A stretch of 46,574 bases of DNA, from the NCBI GenBank assembly GCA_017547465.1, contig JAFYPN010000098.1:1-46574 (forward strand). Reading direction: 5' to 3'. Source of the DNA: Clostridia bacterium (lineage in GTDB: Bacteria > Bacillota > Clostridia > Oscillospirales > Acutalibacteraceae). The notes under the pieces were generated by a model. It ran no database searches. It saw nothing but the letters and a program-made list of their open reading frames with translations, and had not been told where the DNA came from. Positions 25,527-35,372 of the stretch are shown here, piece by piece. A program made the position numbers and the translations under genes. The stretch's first letter is position 1; each line of letters starts with the position of its first letter.

Positions 25527-25636
25527 ACAAAAATACCGCAAAATAACTCGATTTTTGAAAATTTGGAAGCCTGCCCTATTTTTTAAAAAACCGGGCCACA
25601 TGAATTAGTAAAAACGACGAATATGTTGAAGGAAAT

Positions 25637-26380
25637 TTAGTCATAATGGCGCTGCCGCTCCTCCAAAAACACCTTCTCTTTGGGCGTTAAATCGGCCGTC
25701 TCCAGCAGATCCGGGCGGTGTTCCAGTGTCCGCAGCAAGGATTGCTCCCGCCGCCATGCCGCAATATTCTCGTGATGGCCGGATAGCAAAATCGGCGGAA
25801 CCTCGCGACCTTCCCACACGGCAGGGCGCGTGTATTGCGGGTATTCTAATAAGGAAGAAAAGTGACTCTCCTCGGTAAAGCATACCTCATCGGACAGTAC
25901 GCCGGGAATCATACGGGCAACGCAATCAGCAAGCACCATCGCGGGCAATTCGCCGCCGGTCAACACATAGTCGCCGATAGAGATCTGTTCGTCTACGATT
26001 GCGTCCAACACGCGCTCGTCCACGCCCTCGTAGTGTCCGCACAAAAGGCACAACTCAGGTAGTTCGGCAAGCTCGCGGGCGCGCTGCTGCGTCAGCGTCT
26101 TGCCTTGCGGCGACAGATAAATCAGATGCGGACGATGACCGATCTCATCACATACTGCGCGAAAGCAGTCCGCAATAGGCTGGGCGTTCATTACCATGCC
26201 CATACCACCGCCGTAGGGATAATCGTCCACTTGTTTTTGGCGATTTTCCGTATAATCACGGATTTGGTGAAAACGGAAATCCAGAATACCGCGTTCGCGG
26301 GCTCTACCGATAATGCTTTCGGCGAGCACCGCGTTACAGGATTCGGGAAACAGTGTCAGAAAATCAATTCTCATCGTCAA
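25637..26380 (-). CDS. trmD: tRNA (guanine37-N1)-methyltransferase
   Basis: 247-aa ORF with TrmD motifs ([35 protein letters not shown]). It overlaps the rimM stop. Confidence 0.96.
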   Translation of the reverse strand: MTMRIDFLTLFPESCNAVLAESIIGRARERGILDFRFHQIRDYTENRQKQVDDYPYGGGMGMVMNAQPIADCFRAVCDEIGHRPHLIYLSPQGKTLTQQRARELAELPELCLLCGHYEGVDERVLDAIVDEQISIGDYVLTGGELPAMVLADCVARMIPGVLSDEVCFTEESHFSSLLEYPQYTRPAVWEGREVPPILLSGHHENIAAWRREQSLLRTLEHRPDLLETADLTPKEKVFLEERQRHYD

Positions 26381-26882
26381 ACAATCCTAACATTGGAAAA
26401 ATACGAATGATTTCGTGCTCTACATCGATCTCGCGGATAACATCCGGGATCGCGGGGATCAAGATCTCCTTGCCACTCGGCGTTTTCATATGATAGACGT
26501 CGTTCGACCCGGTATGTGTGACGTCAGTACATTCGCCGTAGACGGAACCGGTTTCGTGGTCTATTACCTGTGCGCCAATTAGGTCACAGATAAAATAGCG
26601 GCCGTGCTCCAGTTTGACATCACGGCGGTTAAGGTACAGCAACGTACCGCGCAGAGCAGCTGCGGCTTCCACGGTGTCTACACCGTCAAGTTTTGCGAGC
26701 GCGATGTTTTTATGAACGCGTGCCTTCATGCGCACTGCCCGCTTGCCTGCATCGTCGAAATATACCGTGCGCAGAGTGCAGAACATGGCGGGCGAATCAC
26801 ACTCAGGGCGCACCCGCACTTCGCCACGCACACCATGTGTGCCGACGATCTTCCCAGCTTCCAGAAATATCGGTTTCGGCAT
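26364..26882 (-). CDS. rimM: 16S rRNA processing protein RimM
   Basis: 172-aa ORF with the N-terminal motif [15 protein letters not shown] and a PRC barrel at the C-terminus. Operon context supports the call. Confidence 0.92.
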   Translation of the reverse strand: MPKPIFLEAGKIVGTHGVRGEVRVRPECDSPAMFCTLRTVYFDDAGKRAVRMKARVHKNIALAKLDGVDTVEAAAALRGTLLYLNRRDVKLEHGRYFICDLIGAQVIDHETGSVYGECTDVTHTGSNDVYHMKTPSGKEILIPAIPDVIREIDVEHEIIRIFPMLGLFDDEN

Positions 26883-26940
26883 AAGATCCTCCTCGGAAAA
26901 AACCTCTCACGGCGTGCCGTGAGAGGTTAGTGTGACAGGT

Positions 26941-27177
26941 TTAGTCGTCGATCTCGACAGATACTTTCGCATCCTGACGGGTGGCGGCAGCGCGCATCAC
27001 GGTTCGCATTGCTTTCGCAATACGACCCTGCTTGCCGATCACACGACCCATATCGTCAGCAGCAACACGAAGATGAAGCACAACCGTGCCATCCTCCGAG
27101 GGTTCATCTTCGGTAACGGTGACCGCGTCAGGATTTTCCACAAGACCGCGCGCAATCGTTAACAATAAGTCTTTCAT
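26941..27177 (-). CDS. KH-domain RNA-binding protein (YlqC/UPF0109)
   Basis: 78-aa ORF with the motif GRVIGKQGRIAKAMRTV. It sits at the conserved position between rpsP and rimM. Confidence 0.85.
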   Translation of the reverse strand: MKDLLLTIARGLVENPDAVTVTEDEPSEDGTVVLHLRVAADDMGRVIGKQGRIAKAMRTVMRAAATRQDAKVSVEIDD

Positions 27178-27181
27178 GGCC

Positions 27182-27421
27182 TTAGATACCGGCCTTCTTC
27201 AGCAGATCTTTAACGGTATCGGTGGGCTGAGCGCCGTTGGCGATCCATTTCTTGGCTTTTTCGGTGTCAATCTTCACAACGGCCGGCTCTTCGAGCGGGT
27301 TGTAATAGCCGATCTCCTCAATGAAACGGCCGTCACGGGGATAACGGGAATCCGCCACCACAACGCGATAGAACGGAGCTTTCTTTGCGCCCATGCGGCG
27401 CAGTCTGATTTTTACTGCCAT
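27182..27421 (-). CDS. rpsP: 30S ribosomal protein S16
   Basis: I trimmed the ORF to the [26 protein letters not shown] start (GGAGG SD). This is the canonical S16 N-terminus. Confidence 0.95.
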   Translation of the reverse strand: MAVKIRLRRMGAKKAPFYRVVVADSRYPRDGRFIEEIGYYNPLEEPAVVKIDTEKAKKWIANGAQPTDTVKDLLKKAGI

Positions 27422-27481
27422 GTTGGTTACCTCCAAAATGTACTGAAATGTATTCTTTACCAACCGCGAACACGGTTGAAA

Positions 27482-28843
27482 TTAGAACCCAAAGGGATTG
27501 CCTTTGCCACCGAAGCCACCCAGACCGGGCATCATACCGCGGCCGCCCTTTTTGCCCATGTTTTTCATGCGCTTCATCATTTGTTTCATCGTGTCATACT
27601 GCTTAAGCAGGCGATTGACATCCTCTACCCGCATACCGCAGCCGGCGGCGATGCGCCGTTTGCGGGAGGGATTGATAATATCCGGTTTACGGCGTTCCTT
27701 TTCCGTCATAGACAGGATGATCGCCTCAACACGTGCAAACTGCCGCTCATCAATATCAATATCCTTGAGTTGCTTGCCCATGCCGGGGATCATGCCCAGC
27801 AGACTTTTGATATCGCCCATTTTCTGGATCTGACGAAACTGATCCAGCATATCGTTAAAATCGAAAGAGTCCTGTTGCAGCTTGCGAGCAAGCTCTTCGG
27901 CCTCGCGATCGTCGATCTGTTGTTGAGCTTTCTCGATTAAGGACATCACATCGCCCATACCGAGAATGCGGGATGCCATCCGTGCCGGATGAAATACTTC
28001 CAAATCGTCCAGCTTTTCGCCGGTTCCGGCGAACTTGACCGGTTTGCCCGTCACCGCGCGTACCGACAATGCCGCACCGCCGCGAGTATCACCGTCAAGC
28101 TTGGTTAAGATCACACCGTCGATGGACAATGCGTCATTAAACGATTGTGCCACATTGACCGCGTCCTGACCGGTCATTGCGTCAACCACCAACAGAATCT
28201 CCTGTGGAGTGACCGCTGCGCGGATATTGTGAAGCTCCGCCATTAGTTGTTCATCGATATGCAGACGACCGGCAGTATCTAGAATCACATAATCGTTACC
28301 GTGATCCTTCGCGTGCGCGACCGCCTCCTTGGCGATGCGCACTGGGTCAATGGTCCCGCGTTCAAACACCGGTACACCGGCGGCTGAGCCGACGACCTGC
28401 AACTGTGTAATAGCGGCGGGACGATAAACGTCACACGCCACGAGCAACGGGCGGTGACCTTGCGCTTTGAGCATCTTGGCGAGCTTTGCGGAGTGGGTGG
28501 TTTTACCTGAGCCTTGCAGACCGCACATCATGATGATGCACGGCGGATGGTTTGGGTTGGCCAGTCGCGCGGCTTCACCGCCCATGAGTGCGGTCAGCTC
28601 CTCGTTGACCAGCTTAATGACCATCTGCGCAGGGGTGAGGCTTTCCATCACCTTTTCGCCGACAGCTCGTGCGGCTACCGCCGCCGTAAAATCCTTGGCG
28701 ACCTTATAGTTAACATCTGCTTCCAGAAGCGCCAAACGCACTTCGCGCATCGCTTCCCTTACATCCGCCTCGGTCAGCTTTCCTTTGTTTTTTAGCCGCT
28801 TAAATGCAGCGGACAGTTTGTCGGACAATCCTTCAAACGCCAC
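27482..28843 (-). CDS. ffh: Signal recognition particle protein Ffh
   Basis: 453-aa ORF with the N domain, the G domain (GLQGSGKTT, DTAGR, TKLDGD) and a Met-rich M domain with a GMMPG tail. Confidence 0.97.
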   Translation of the reverse strand: MAFEGLSDKLSAAFKRLKNKGKLTEADVREAMREVRLALLEADVNYKVAKDFTAAVAARAVGEKVMESLTPAQMVIKLVNEELTALMGGEAARLANPNHPPCIIMMCGLQGSGKTTHSAKLAKMLKAQGHRPLLVACDVYRPAAITQLQVVGSAAGVPVFERGTIDPVRIAKEAVAHAKDHGNDYVILDTAGRLHIDEQLMAELHNIRAAVTPQEILLVVDAMTGQDAVNVAQSFNDALSIDGVILTKLDGDTRGGAALSVRAVTGKPVKFAGTGEKLDDLEVFHPARMASRILGMGDVMSLIEKAQQQIDDREAEELARKLQQDSFDFNDMLDQFRQIQKMGDIKSLLGMIPGMGKQLKDIDIDERQFARVEAIILSMTEKERRKPDIINPSRKRRIAAGCGMRVEDVNRLLKQYDTMKQMMKRMKNMGKKGGRGMMPGLGGFGGKGNPFGF

Positions 28844-28850
28844 GATGCCC

Positions 28851-29216
28851 CTACCTCTCTCTCAGTTCTTCCGCCAGCTGTATGATCCGCTTGGATCGAT
28901 CATCGATCTCACGGGAATAACGCGTGCGGTCGTTGAGCATTTGAATATCCTGTGCGGCTTGGCGGATCGCTTCCAACCCATCACGCATGCCGCGGAACCT
29001 GGCCGCCAAGTGAAGACGTTCTTCCATCTCGATCATCTGCGCCTCCGCGCGCTTGATAGAATCCCGCACACCCTGTCTGGTGATGTTTTGGTTTTCAGCA
29101 ATCTCCGCCAGGGACAAGTCTTCTTCGTAATACAGCTCCACGACGTTGCGTTGCTTTTCCGTGAGCATATCACCGTAAAAGTCGAACAACCAGATGATCT
29201 CCATATTTTTCGGCAT
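28851..29216 (-). CDS. ylxM: YlxM/UPF0122 putative DNA-binding protein
   Basis: I trimmed the ORF to the MPKNMEIIWLFDFYGDMLTEKQ start (AAGGAGGG SD). It has a sigma70-region-4-like HTH (LSLAEIAENQNITRQGVRDSIKRA) and sits at the conserved position upstream of ffh. Confidence 0.85.
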   Translation of the reverse strand: MPKNMEIIWLFDFYGDMLTEKQRNVVELYYEEDLSLAEIAENQNITRQGVRDSIKRAEAQMIEMEERLHLAARFRGMRDGLEAIRQAAQDIQMLNDRTRYSREIDDRSKRIIQLAEELRER

Positions 29217-29306
29217 TTCTTGTCCCTCCTTTGCAAACAAAATCACACAAAACAAAAAACGCTCGGGAGCTCCAAGCGTTCCTGTAAAGGAATTTGCTTT
29301 ACAGAC

Positions 29307-29335
29307 ATTATAACAAAGTGTCGGGTGCTTGTCAA
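29307..29335 (-). promoter_or_regulatory. Consensus sigma-A promoter of the ylxM-ffh operon
   Basis: On the minus strand: TTGACA (29335-29330), a 17-nt spacer, then TATAAT (29312-29307). Confidence 0.65.
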
Positions 29336-29353
29336 TAGGTAAAAGCAAAAAAA

Positions 29354-29572
29354 TTAATCCAATCGAAAATCGGCTTCGGTATACGTTTGCAGTTCCGGCT
29401 GGATATAGGGAATACGGCGTAGAGGGTCGTATTGGAATTTGCGACAGTGCGCCGAGGGTTGCATAATGCCTTTGCGCAGGCATAAAATAACCCGCCCATC
29501 AGAGGAACGCCGACCGTTTGCGCAGATCTCACATACCGGTGTTACACCGTTGCCGTATAACTTCCGCTTCAT
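29354..29572 (-). CDS. Small Cys-containing hypothetical protein (72 aa)
   Basis: The ORF lies 24 nt downstream of ylbJ and has a weak SD. A CxxC pair plus two more Cys suggest a zinc-ribbon-like fold. I recognise no family. Confidence 0.45.
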   Translation of the reverse strand: MKRKLYGNGVTPVCEICANGRRSSDGRVILCLRKGIMQPSAHCRKFQYDPLRRIPYIQPELQTYTEADFRLD

Positions 29573-29596
29573 GCTGTCACATCCCTTTTTTGTAAA

Positions 29597-30697
29597 CTAA
29601 CCACGATTTTTATTATAGGTGAGTCCGTTTGCTTTGTCAACAGAAAGCAACCAAATTCCGCATAACATCAGCAGAAACACCGAGATTCCGACATGGCCGG
29701 ATACCGCGTGTACCACCGGCTGAGATGAGGTGCCGAACACCGGCAATGTGACGGGAATGAGTCGCAACAGCAAGAGAGCCAGAATGGCGGTCAAACAGCC
29801 GTGCAACAGCCGTGTAAGCCAAAAGCGCGGTGTCAGCACCTTGGCGTCGCCGAGTGCGGATGTCAGCTGGCAATGGACCGAAAGACCGCCGAAGCCGATG
29901 GCAAAGCCGAGTATAAACGGGGCGCTCGCGCCGAGTTCTGCGGCGGCAACGCAGCCACAGCTCACCTCCAACAGGCAGGAGAACAAGGCACTTACCGTGC
30001 GATTGTCGTACGCGGAGAAGGTGTCAAGCAGTGCGAGTATGCCTGAAAACAGCAGGATAAACCCACACATAGACAACAGGGAGTGGCAGGCAGCGGTTAC
30101 CGATTCCACAAATGCCGATGCTACCGATACGCGCGGTCGGTGGGCTGAACGTGCCGGTGTTTGTCGGCGGCTGTCCGGCGGGACACCGAGGATCCCCAGA
30201 AGCAGGGCTGCCGCGATATGGGCGGCAAACAGAATGACGCCGAGGCCGGCACTGCCCATGAGTCCTGCGCCGACCGTGCTGATGACAAATCCCGGCCCGC
30301 CACAGACGCAAAAGCGCAGCATTCGTTGTCCTTCGTCACGCGTGATCTGTCCGGAGCGTGTAAGCTCGCCCACAACGGTTCCGCCTGCGGGATATCCGCC
30401 GACAAAGCTGATCAGGATTCCTGCGGCACAGCACCCCGGCAGCCCGAACAGCAAACGAGTGACATGTTCCAGTCGGCTGCCGATAGCAGCCGCGACTCCC
30501 GACTTTGACAAGAATCCTCCCAACACCAAAAACGGAAACAGCGAGGGGATGATCACGGATGCGCAGATGGAAAGGCCGCGGCTGATCCCGCCGGCCACTG
30601 CCTCGGGACGAAGTAATACGAATATACCGCTGCATACGATTCCCGCACCGACCAGTGCGGTGTTAAGGCGCGGACGTATCGTCAGATAAGTAGACAT
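29597..30697 (-). CDS. ylbJ: Sporulation integral membrane protein YlbJ-like (nucleoside-recognition/Gate domains)
   Basis: 366-aa polytopic ORF. The N-terminal pattern GISRGLSICASVIIPSLFPFLVLGGFL is typical of the YlbJ family. Confidence 0.75.
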   Translation of the reverse strand: MSTYLTIRPRLNTALVGAGIVCSGIFVLLRPEAVAGGISRGLSICASVIIPSLFPFLVLGGFLSKSGVAAAIGSRLEHVTRLLFGLPGCCAAGILISFVGGYPAGGTVVGELTRSGQITRDEGQRMLRFCVCGGPGFVISTVGAGLMGSAGLGVILFAAHIAAALLLGILGVPPDSRRQTPARSAHRPRVSVASAFVESVTAACHSLLSMCGFILLFSGILALLDTFSAYDNRTVSALFSCLLEVSCGCVAAAELGASAPFILGFAIGFGGLSVHCQLTSALGDAKVLTPRFWLTRLLHGCLTAILALLLLRLIPVTLPVFGTSSQPVVHAVSGHVGISVFLLMLCGIWLLSVDKANGLTYNKNRG

Positions 30698-30789
30698 ACG
30701 ATTCCCTCCCCGTTTTTATATATGTCGTGCCTCGCCGTCATTATTCCCAATGCGGTTTCATATTTATGAGGTAAAAGGAGGGGGCTGTC

Positions 30790-31068
30790 ATGAAACGCGA
30801 AAAGCGAGCCGCCATCTCATCGAAAGTGGAAAAAATACTGGATATGCCGGTGGGTGTGTTGTCGGAGATCGCACGCATCGAGTTGTCCGGCAACCGTCAG
30901 GTGTTGATAGAGGGATGTCGGGGAATCGTGAAATACGACGAGGATCAGATACAGCTGCGAACGGTCGGCGGTACAGTCCGTTTCACCGGACGTGAGCTGT
31001 GTATGACCAGCCTGAATCCCGCCTGTGCGGTTATTACCGGTAGATTACTGTCACTTGAATTTCTATAG
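30790..31068 (+). CDS. yqfC: Sporulation protein YqfC (YabP family)
   Basis: 92-aa ORF with the YabP/YqfC pattern (IELSGNRQVLIEGCRGIVKYDEDQIQL ... GRLLSLEF). It lies directly upstream of yqfD. Confidence 0.85.
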   Translation: MKREKRAAISSKVEKILDMPVGVLSEIARIELSGNRQVLIEGCRGIVKYDEDQIQLRTVGGTVRFTGRELCMTSLNPACAVITGRLLSLEFL

Positions 31069-31078
31069 GAGGGATAGG

Positions 31079-32233
31079 ATGCTTGCGGGAACAGTGCTGA
31101 TCGAATGTGAAGGAGGATTTCCGGAGCGATTTTTAAACGAGGCATCCAATCGACATATCGCTTTATGGGACGTTTCCCGTAAGGGAATCTCGCTCTTTTG
31201 CCGTTGTAAAGCAACGGACTATCGTTTACTTCGTCCTGTGGCGCACACGGCATCGGTGCGTATGCGGGTACGCGAACGACACGGGTTGTCGTTCTTACTG
31301 CGTCCGTTTAGGCTACGGTGGGGGCTCGCGGTGGGGATGATCCTGTTCGTTGTACTGCTGCAGTTACTCTCGTCGCGCGTGTGGATCATTCGCATATCCG
31401 GTAATGAGCAAGTATCGAGCGATGCTATCCGCGAGGTGCTTGAGCCGCTCGGTATCTACGAGGGGACTACCCCCTCTGCCGTTGATCTGCCACAGCTGCA
31501 GTTGACAGCATTACAACAGTTACCCGAACTGGTGTGGCTGACGGTTAACTTTGAGGGCAGTACCGCATTGGTGGAGGTCAGAGAAAGGCAGGAAGCAAAG
31601 CCGATCATTCCTGATCAGCCCACTAACATTGTGGCAACGCAGGACGGTGTGATCATCAGCATTGATGCCGTGAGTGGGCAGGCGATGGTGAAGGTCGGGG
31701 ATGCCGTAACGGAAGGGGCACTGCTGATCAGCGGGGTGATGGATAGTAAAGTCGGCCCGTTGCTCAAGCACGCTGAGGGGATAGTGACGGCGCGCACCGC
31801 GCACACGCTCACTGTTACCGTCCCCTTCGAAGAGGAGGTGCCAGATGTTACCCCGCGTGTCGTATCCCGTCCGTGTTTGTATTTACTGGGACTGCGTGTT
31901 CCGCTTTACGCAAGCATTGACATAGAGGGAGACTATACGCAAGAGACCACACAATATCCTCTGTGTGCTTACGGCAAGGAACTTCCGGTTGGGGTCGAGG
32001 TTACACGACTGATTTTTGCAGAAACAGAATGTTGCACGCGAACAGAGGAGGAGGCACGGGCAGAGGCACAGAGGCGACTGGCAGATTTAGTCAAAACTTT
32101 GCAGGAAGAGGTGTGCGTCGAATCGGAATTGCTTACGGAAGTCAAAACCGACGAGGGCTGGACCATTACCGGCACCTACACCTGCGTGGAGTCCATCGGA
32201 CGGTATGAGCCCCTGCAAATGGACGGGAAATAA
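31079..32233 (+). CDS. yqfD: Sporulation protein YqfD
   Basis: I trimmed the ORF to the MLAGTVLIECEGGFPERFLN start (AGGAGGG SD). It has a single mid-protein TM helix and family-typical length and context. Confidence 0.85.
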   Translation: MLAGTVLIECEGGFPERFLNEASNRHIALWDVSRKGISLFCRCKATDYRLLRPVAHTASVRMRVRERHGLSFLLRPFRLRWGLAVGMILFVVLLQLLSSRVWIIRISGNEQVSSDAIREVLEPLGIYEGTTPSAVDLPQLQLTALQQLPELVWLTVNFEGSTALVEVRERQEAKPIIPDQPTNIVATQDGVIISIDAVSGQAMVKVGDAVTEGALLISGVMDSKVGPLLKHAEGIVTARTAHTLTVTVPFEEEVPDVTPRVVSRPCLYLLGLRVPLYASIDIEGDYTQETTQYPLCAYGKELPVGVEVTRLIFAETECCTRTEEEARAEAQRRLADLVKTLQEEVCVESELLTEVKTDEGWTITGTYTCVESIGRYEPLQMDGK

Positions 32234-32349
32234 TAAAAATTGCTATTTTGCCTAATGACAAGTGAAAGTTTTTGTGGTATAATGACAGAATAATAAAAAG
32301 GAAACCATAGGGGGCGGAGGTCATAGAACAGATCGTCAATGTTGACCGC

Positions 32350-33321
32350 ATGGAACAGGCGGTCGCGCTGTTTGGCAATTTTGATGAAAATATTCGGTTG
32401 ATCGAGCAGCAGTTCGGTGTCGCCGTCCTCAGTCGCGACAGCGATCTGAAGGTCAGCGGCGAGCCGGAGGCGGTCGCCAAAGCCATTCGCGCGATTGAGG
32501 GGTTGTTGCAGCTTCTTAACCGTGGTGAACAGCTGACGGAACAGAACGTGCGGTATGTGCTGATGCTCGTAAACGAGGGAACGGACGACGAATTGCCTGC
32601 CCTCACGGGTGACAGTATTTGCATCACCGCGAAAGGTCGTCCCATCAAGCCCAAAACGTTGGGACAAAAACGGTACGTGGAAGCCATCCGCGACAATACC
32701 ATTGTGCTTGGTATTGGTCCTGCCGGTACGGGTAAGACGTATTTAGCGGTAGCGATGGCGGTGGAGGCTTTTCGTTCCAAGCAGGTCAACCGCATCATTT
32801 TGACGCGTCCCGCCGTGGAGGCGGGTGAAAAGCTCGGCTTTTTACCCGGTGACCTGCAATCCAAGGTAGATCCGTATTTGCGTCCGTTGTACGACGCGCT
32901 GTTTGATATGCTCGGCACGGAAACCTACCAGAAATATTTGGAGCGTGGTAACATTGAGATCGCGCCGCTCGCATATATGCGTGGCCGCACGCTGGATGAC
33001 AGCTTTGTGATTTTAGATGAAGCGCAGAACACTACCCCCGAACAAATGAAGATGTTTTTGACGCGACTCGGCTTTAATTCCAAAATGGTGGTTACGGGCG
33101 ATATTACGCAGATCGATCTGCCTTCCGGTAAACAGAGCGGTCTGCGTGAGGTGATGCGGGTGTTAAAGGATGTAGAGGATGTGTCCATCTGTACGTTCAC
33201 ACAAAAAGATGTGGTGCGGCACCAATTGGTGCAGCGTATCATTGAAGCGTATGAACGCTATGACAAAAACAAGGAAGGGAAGCGTAGTCGGAATGTTGAA
33301 AAAACTTCGAGTCGACATTGA
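32350..33321 (+). CDS. phoH: PhoH-family ATPase
   Basis: 323-aa ORF with Walker A (GPAGTGKTY) and PhoH motifs (ILTRPAVEAGEKLGFLPGD, FVILDEAQNTTP). The frame is open upstream as far as 32311, and a GGCGGAGG SD lies at 32313-32320, so a non-canonical start near 32323-32332 is possible. Confidence 0.92.
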   Translation: MEQAVALFGNFDENIRLIEQQFGVAVLSRDSDLKVSGEPEAVAKAIRAIEGLLQLLNRGEQLTEQNVRYVLMLVNEGTDDELPALTGDSICITAKGRPIKPKTLGQKRYVEAIRDNTIVLGIGPAGTGKTYLAVAMAVEAFRSKQVNRIILTRPAVEAGEKLGFLPGDLQSKVDPYLRPLYDALFDMLGTETYQKYLERGNIEIAPLAYMRGRTLDDSFVILDEAQNTTPEQMKMFLTRLGFNSKMVVTGDITQIDLPSGKQSGLREVMRVLKDVEDVSICTFTQKDVVRHQLVQRIIEAYERYDKNKEGKRSRNVEKTSSRH

Positions 33322-33799
33322 AAACCAACAAAAGGTCGTTAAGATTCCCACGGGGCTCAGGATGCTCATTCGGCGTTGCTGTCACGCGGTGTTAGAATTG
33401 GAACAGGTGGATGGCTGTGTTCAGGTGGATGTGACCTTGGTCGATAACGATCGTATCCATCAGGTCAACCTTGAGCAACGCGGGATCGACGCGCCAACCG
33501 ATGTGTTGTCCTTTCCGTTGGGAGAGAACGGCGTGTATGACCTGCATCCCGAAACCGGAGAAAAGCTGCTCGGAAACATTATGCTCTCGTTGGAGCAAGC
33601 GGAAAAGCAGGCGGAGGATTACGGACATACCTTCAACCGTGAGGTAGGCTACCTCACCGTACATTCAATGTTGCATTTGCTGGGATACGATCACGTGCAG
33701 GGCGGTATGGAAGCCGTGCGTATGCGCGAAAAGGAAGAAACCGTGATGAAACAGGTGGGCTTGCCCCGCGGGAGCAGTTATGTACTCGAGGATGATTAA
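33293..33799 (+). CDS. ybeY: rRNA maturation endoribonuclease YbeY
   Basis: I trimmed the ORF to the MLKKLRVDIEN start. It has the zinc motif HSMLHLLGYDH and overlaps the phoH end. Confidence 0.92.
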   Translation: MLKKLRVDIENQQKVVKIPTGLRMLIRRCCHAVLELEQVDGCVQVDVTLVDNDRIHQVNLEQRGIDAPTDVLSFPLGENGVYDLHPETGEKLLGNIMLSLEQAEKQAEDYGHTFNREVGYLTVHSMLHLLGYDHVQGGMEAVRMREKEETVMKQVGLPRGSSYVLEDD

Positions 33800-34232
33800 A
33801 GGCTTCGGTTGGGCGGCACGCGGCATTTGGCGTTGTGCACGCGAGGAATGGCATTTTCGTTTTCACCTCGTTATCGCGTTTTATGTGCTGTTGTTTGTGC
33901 CGTACTTCTCGTTGTCCCGTGCGGAGGGTGCGATCTTGACACTCACCATTGCCGGCGTTTTGGTTGCCGAACTGGTCAACTCCGCGGTGGAACGCACCGT
34001 TGACCGCGTTTCCACCGAGCGGCATCCATTGGCAGGTGCGGCAAAAGATATGGCGGCGGGCGCGGTGCTCTTAGCAACGATTGCCGCAATTGCGGTGGCG
34101 ATCCTGCTGTTTTGGAAACCGGATGTATGGGCTGCGATCTTCGCCGATTGGGGCGCTCATATTCATAAACCTATTTTACTGGCGCTGTCCGCTGTGCCGG
34201 CGGTGCTGTTTGTTTGGAAATGGAGAACATAA
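33780..34232 (+). CDS. dgkA: Diacylglycerol/undecaprenol kinase family protein
   Basis: 150-aa ORF with three TM helices and the motifs ELVNSAVERTVDRVS and AKDMAAGAVL. An alternative start lies at 33792. Confidence 0.85.
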   Translation: MYSRMIKGFGWAARGIWRCAREEWHFRFHLVIAFYVLLFVPYFSLSRAEGAILTLTIAGVLVAELVNSAVERTVDRVSTERHPLAGAAKDMAAGAVLLATIAAIAVAILLFWKPDVWAAIFADWGAHIHKPILLALSAVPAVLFVWKWRT

Positions 34233-34235
34233 GCT

Positions 34236-35138
34236 ATGGGAACTACTACCTCTGCATTTATCGCGCTGGTCGGCAGACCGAACGTTGGCAAATCGTCGCT
34301 TCTTAACACATTGGTTGGCCAAAAGGTTGCCATTGTGTCGGACAAGCCGCAGACCACGCGTAACCGTATCATGGGTGTGCTCACGCGCGATACGGTGCAG
34401 CTTGTTTTTTTGGATACCCCCGGTACCCACCGCCCGCGCACACGGCTGGGTGATTTTATGGTAAAATCCATCGGTGAAGCCATGACCGGCGTGGACGTCG
34501 GAGTGCTTATCGTCGAGCCCACCGCCACGGTGCGGGATAGTGAGCGAGAGTTGCTGCAGAAATTCCGCTCACAAAAGCTGCCGGTTTTACTCGTTATCAA
34601 TAAGATTGATACGGTCGAGGACAAGTCCAACCTGCTCACCTGTATTGACGTGTGGCGGCAGGAATTTGCATTCGATGCGATCCTTCCGGTATCTGCCCTG
34701 ACGGGTGAGGGGACAAACGAGCTGCTCACTGAGCTGTCAAAATACGTGTTTGAAAGCCCGCACTTTTTTCCGGCGGATGCGATTAGTGATCAGCCGGAAA
34801 AGGTGCTTGCGGCGGAACTGTTGCGTGAGCAGATGCTGCTCTCGCTCCGTGACGAGATCCCACACGGCATTGCCGTGGTCATCGAGCGCATGGAAGAACG
34901 CGAGACCGAACGCGGTGTTATTTTGGACATCGACGCGGAGATCTTTTGTGAGCGAGATACCCATAAGGGTATGGTGATTGGCAAAAAGGGTGTGATGTTG
35001 AAACGGATTTCCACCGCGGCGCGTGAAGAAATGGAAAAGACATTCGACGCTCATGTGAATTTGCAATGCTGGGTTAAGGTCAAGGAGGATTGGCGCAACC
35101 GACAAGGGCTCCTAAACGGCTTTGGCTATCGTCTGTAA
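34236..35138 (+). CDS. era: GTPase Era
   Basis: 300-aa ORF with G1 (GRPNVGKSS), G3 (DTPG) and G4 (NKID) motifs and a C-terminal KH domain. Confidence 0.96.
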   Translation: MGTTTSAFIALVGRPNVGKSSLLNTLVGQKVAIVSDKPQTTRNRIMGVLTRDTVQLVFLDTPGTHRPRTRLGDFMVKSIGEAMTGVDVGVLIVEPTATVRDSERELLQKFRSQKLPVLLVINKIDTVEDKSNLLTCIDVWRQEFAFDAILPVSALTGEGTNELLTELSKYVFESPHFFPADAISDQPEKVLAAELLREQMLLSLRDEIPHGIAVVIERMEERETERGVILDIDAEIFCERDTHKGMVIGKKGVMLKRISTAAREEMEKTFDAHVNLQCWVKVKEDWRNRQGLLNGFGYRL

Positions 35139-35201
35139 AATTTTCCTGTATGGAACGGCCCGCTTTCGTTCAAAGTAATAGTGTTGAACGGAGGCGGCAA
35201 C

Positions 35202-35372
35202 ATGATGGATCAGGACAAATTATGGGCAACCTTTCAAAAGACCGGAAAAGTCCAGGACTACCTGCGTTACTGTGGAGTGGACGTGTACGGTTCCGGTGAA
35301 AATTCCGTGGTGGAGGCTAAGGAGAAGTCGCATGAAGTTGACGACCGACGCACTGATCATACGCGAAAATAA
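35202..35372 (+). CDS. yqzL: YqzL-family small protein
   Basis: The pattern W..F..TG....YL.Y (LWATFQKTGKVQDYLRY) and the position between era and recO match B. subtilis yqzL. GGAGG SD upstream. It overlaps the recO start by 41 nt. Confidence 0.55.
   Translation: MMDQDKLWATFQKTGKVQDYLRYCGVDVYGSGENSVVEAKEKSHEVDDRRTDHTRK

Noticed and set aside
27086-27940. 284-aa plus-strand ORF antisense to rpsP and ffh
   Set aside because: It lies opposite two universally conserved genes and shows no motifs. It is a shadow ORF.
29730-30689. 319-aa plus-strand ORF antisense to ylbJ
   Set aside because: Its composition is Pro/Arg/Ala/Ser-rich and non-protein-like. The minus-strand product is a coherent polytopic membrane protein of a known sporulation family.
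32166-32918. 250-aa and 163-aa minus-strand ORFs antisense to phoH and the yqfD end
   Set aside because: PhoH on the plus strand has intact Walker and PhoH motifs. The antisense products are Ser/Arg/Pro-rich with no SD.
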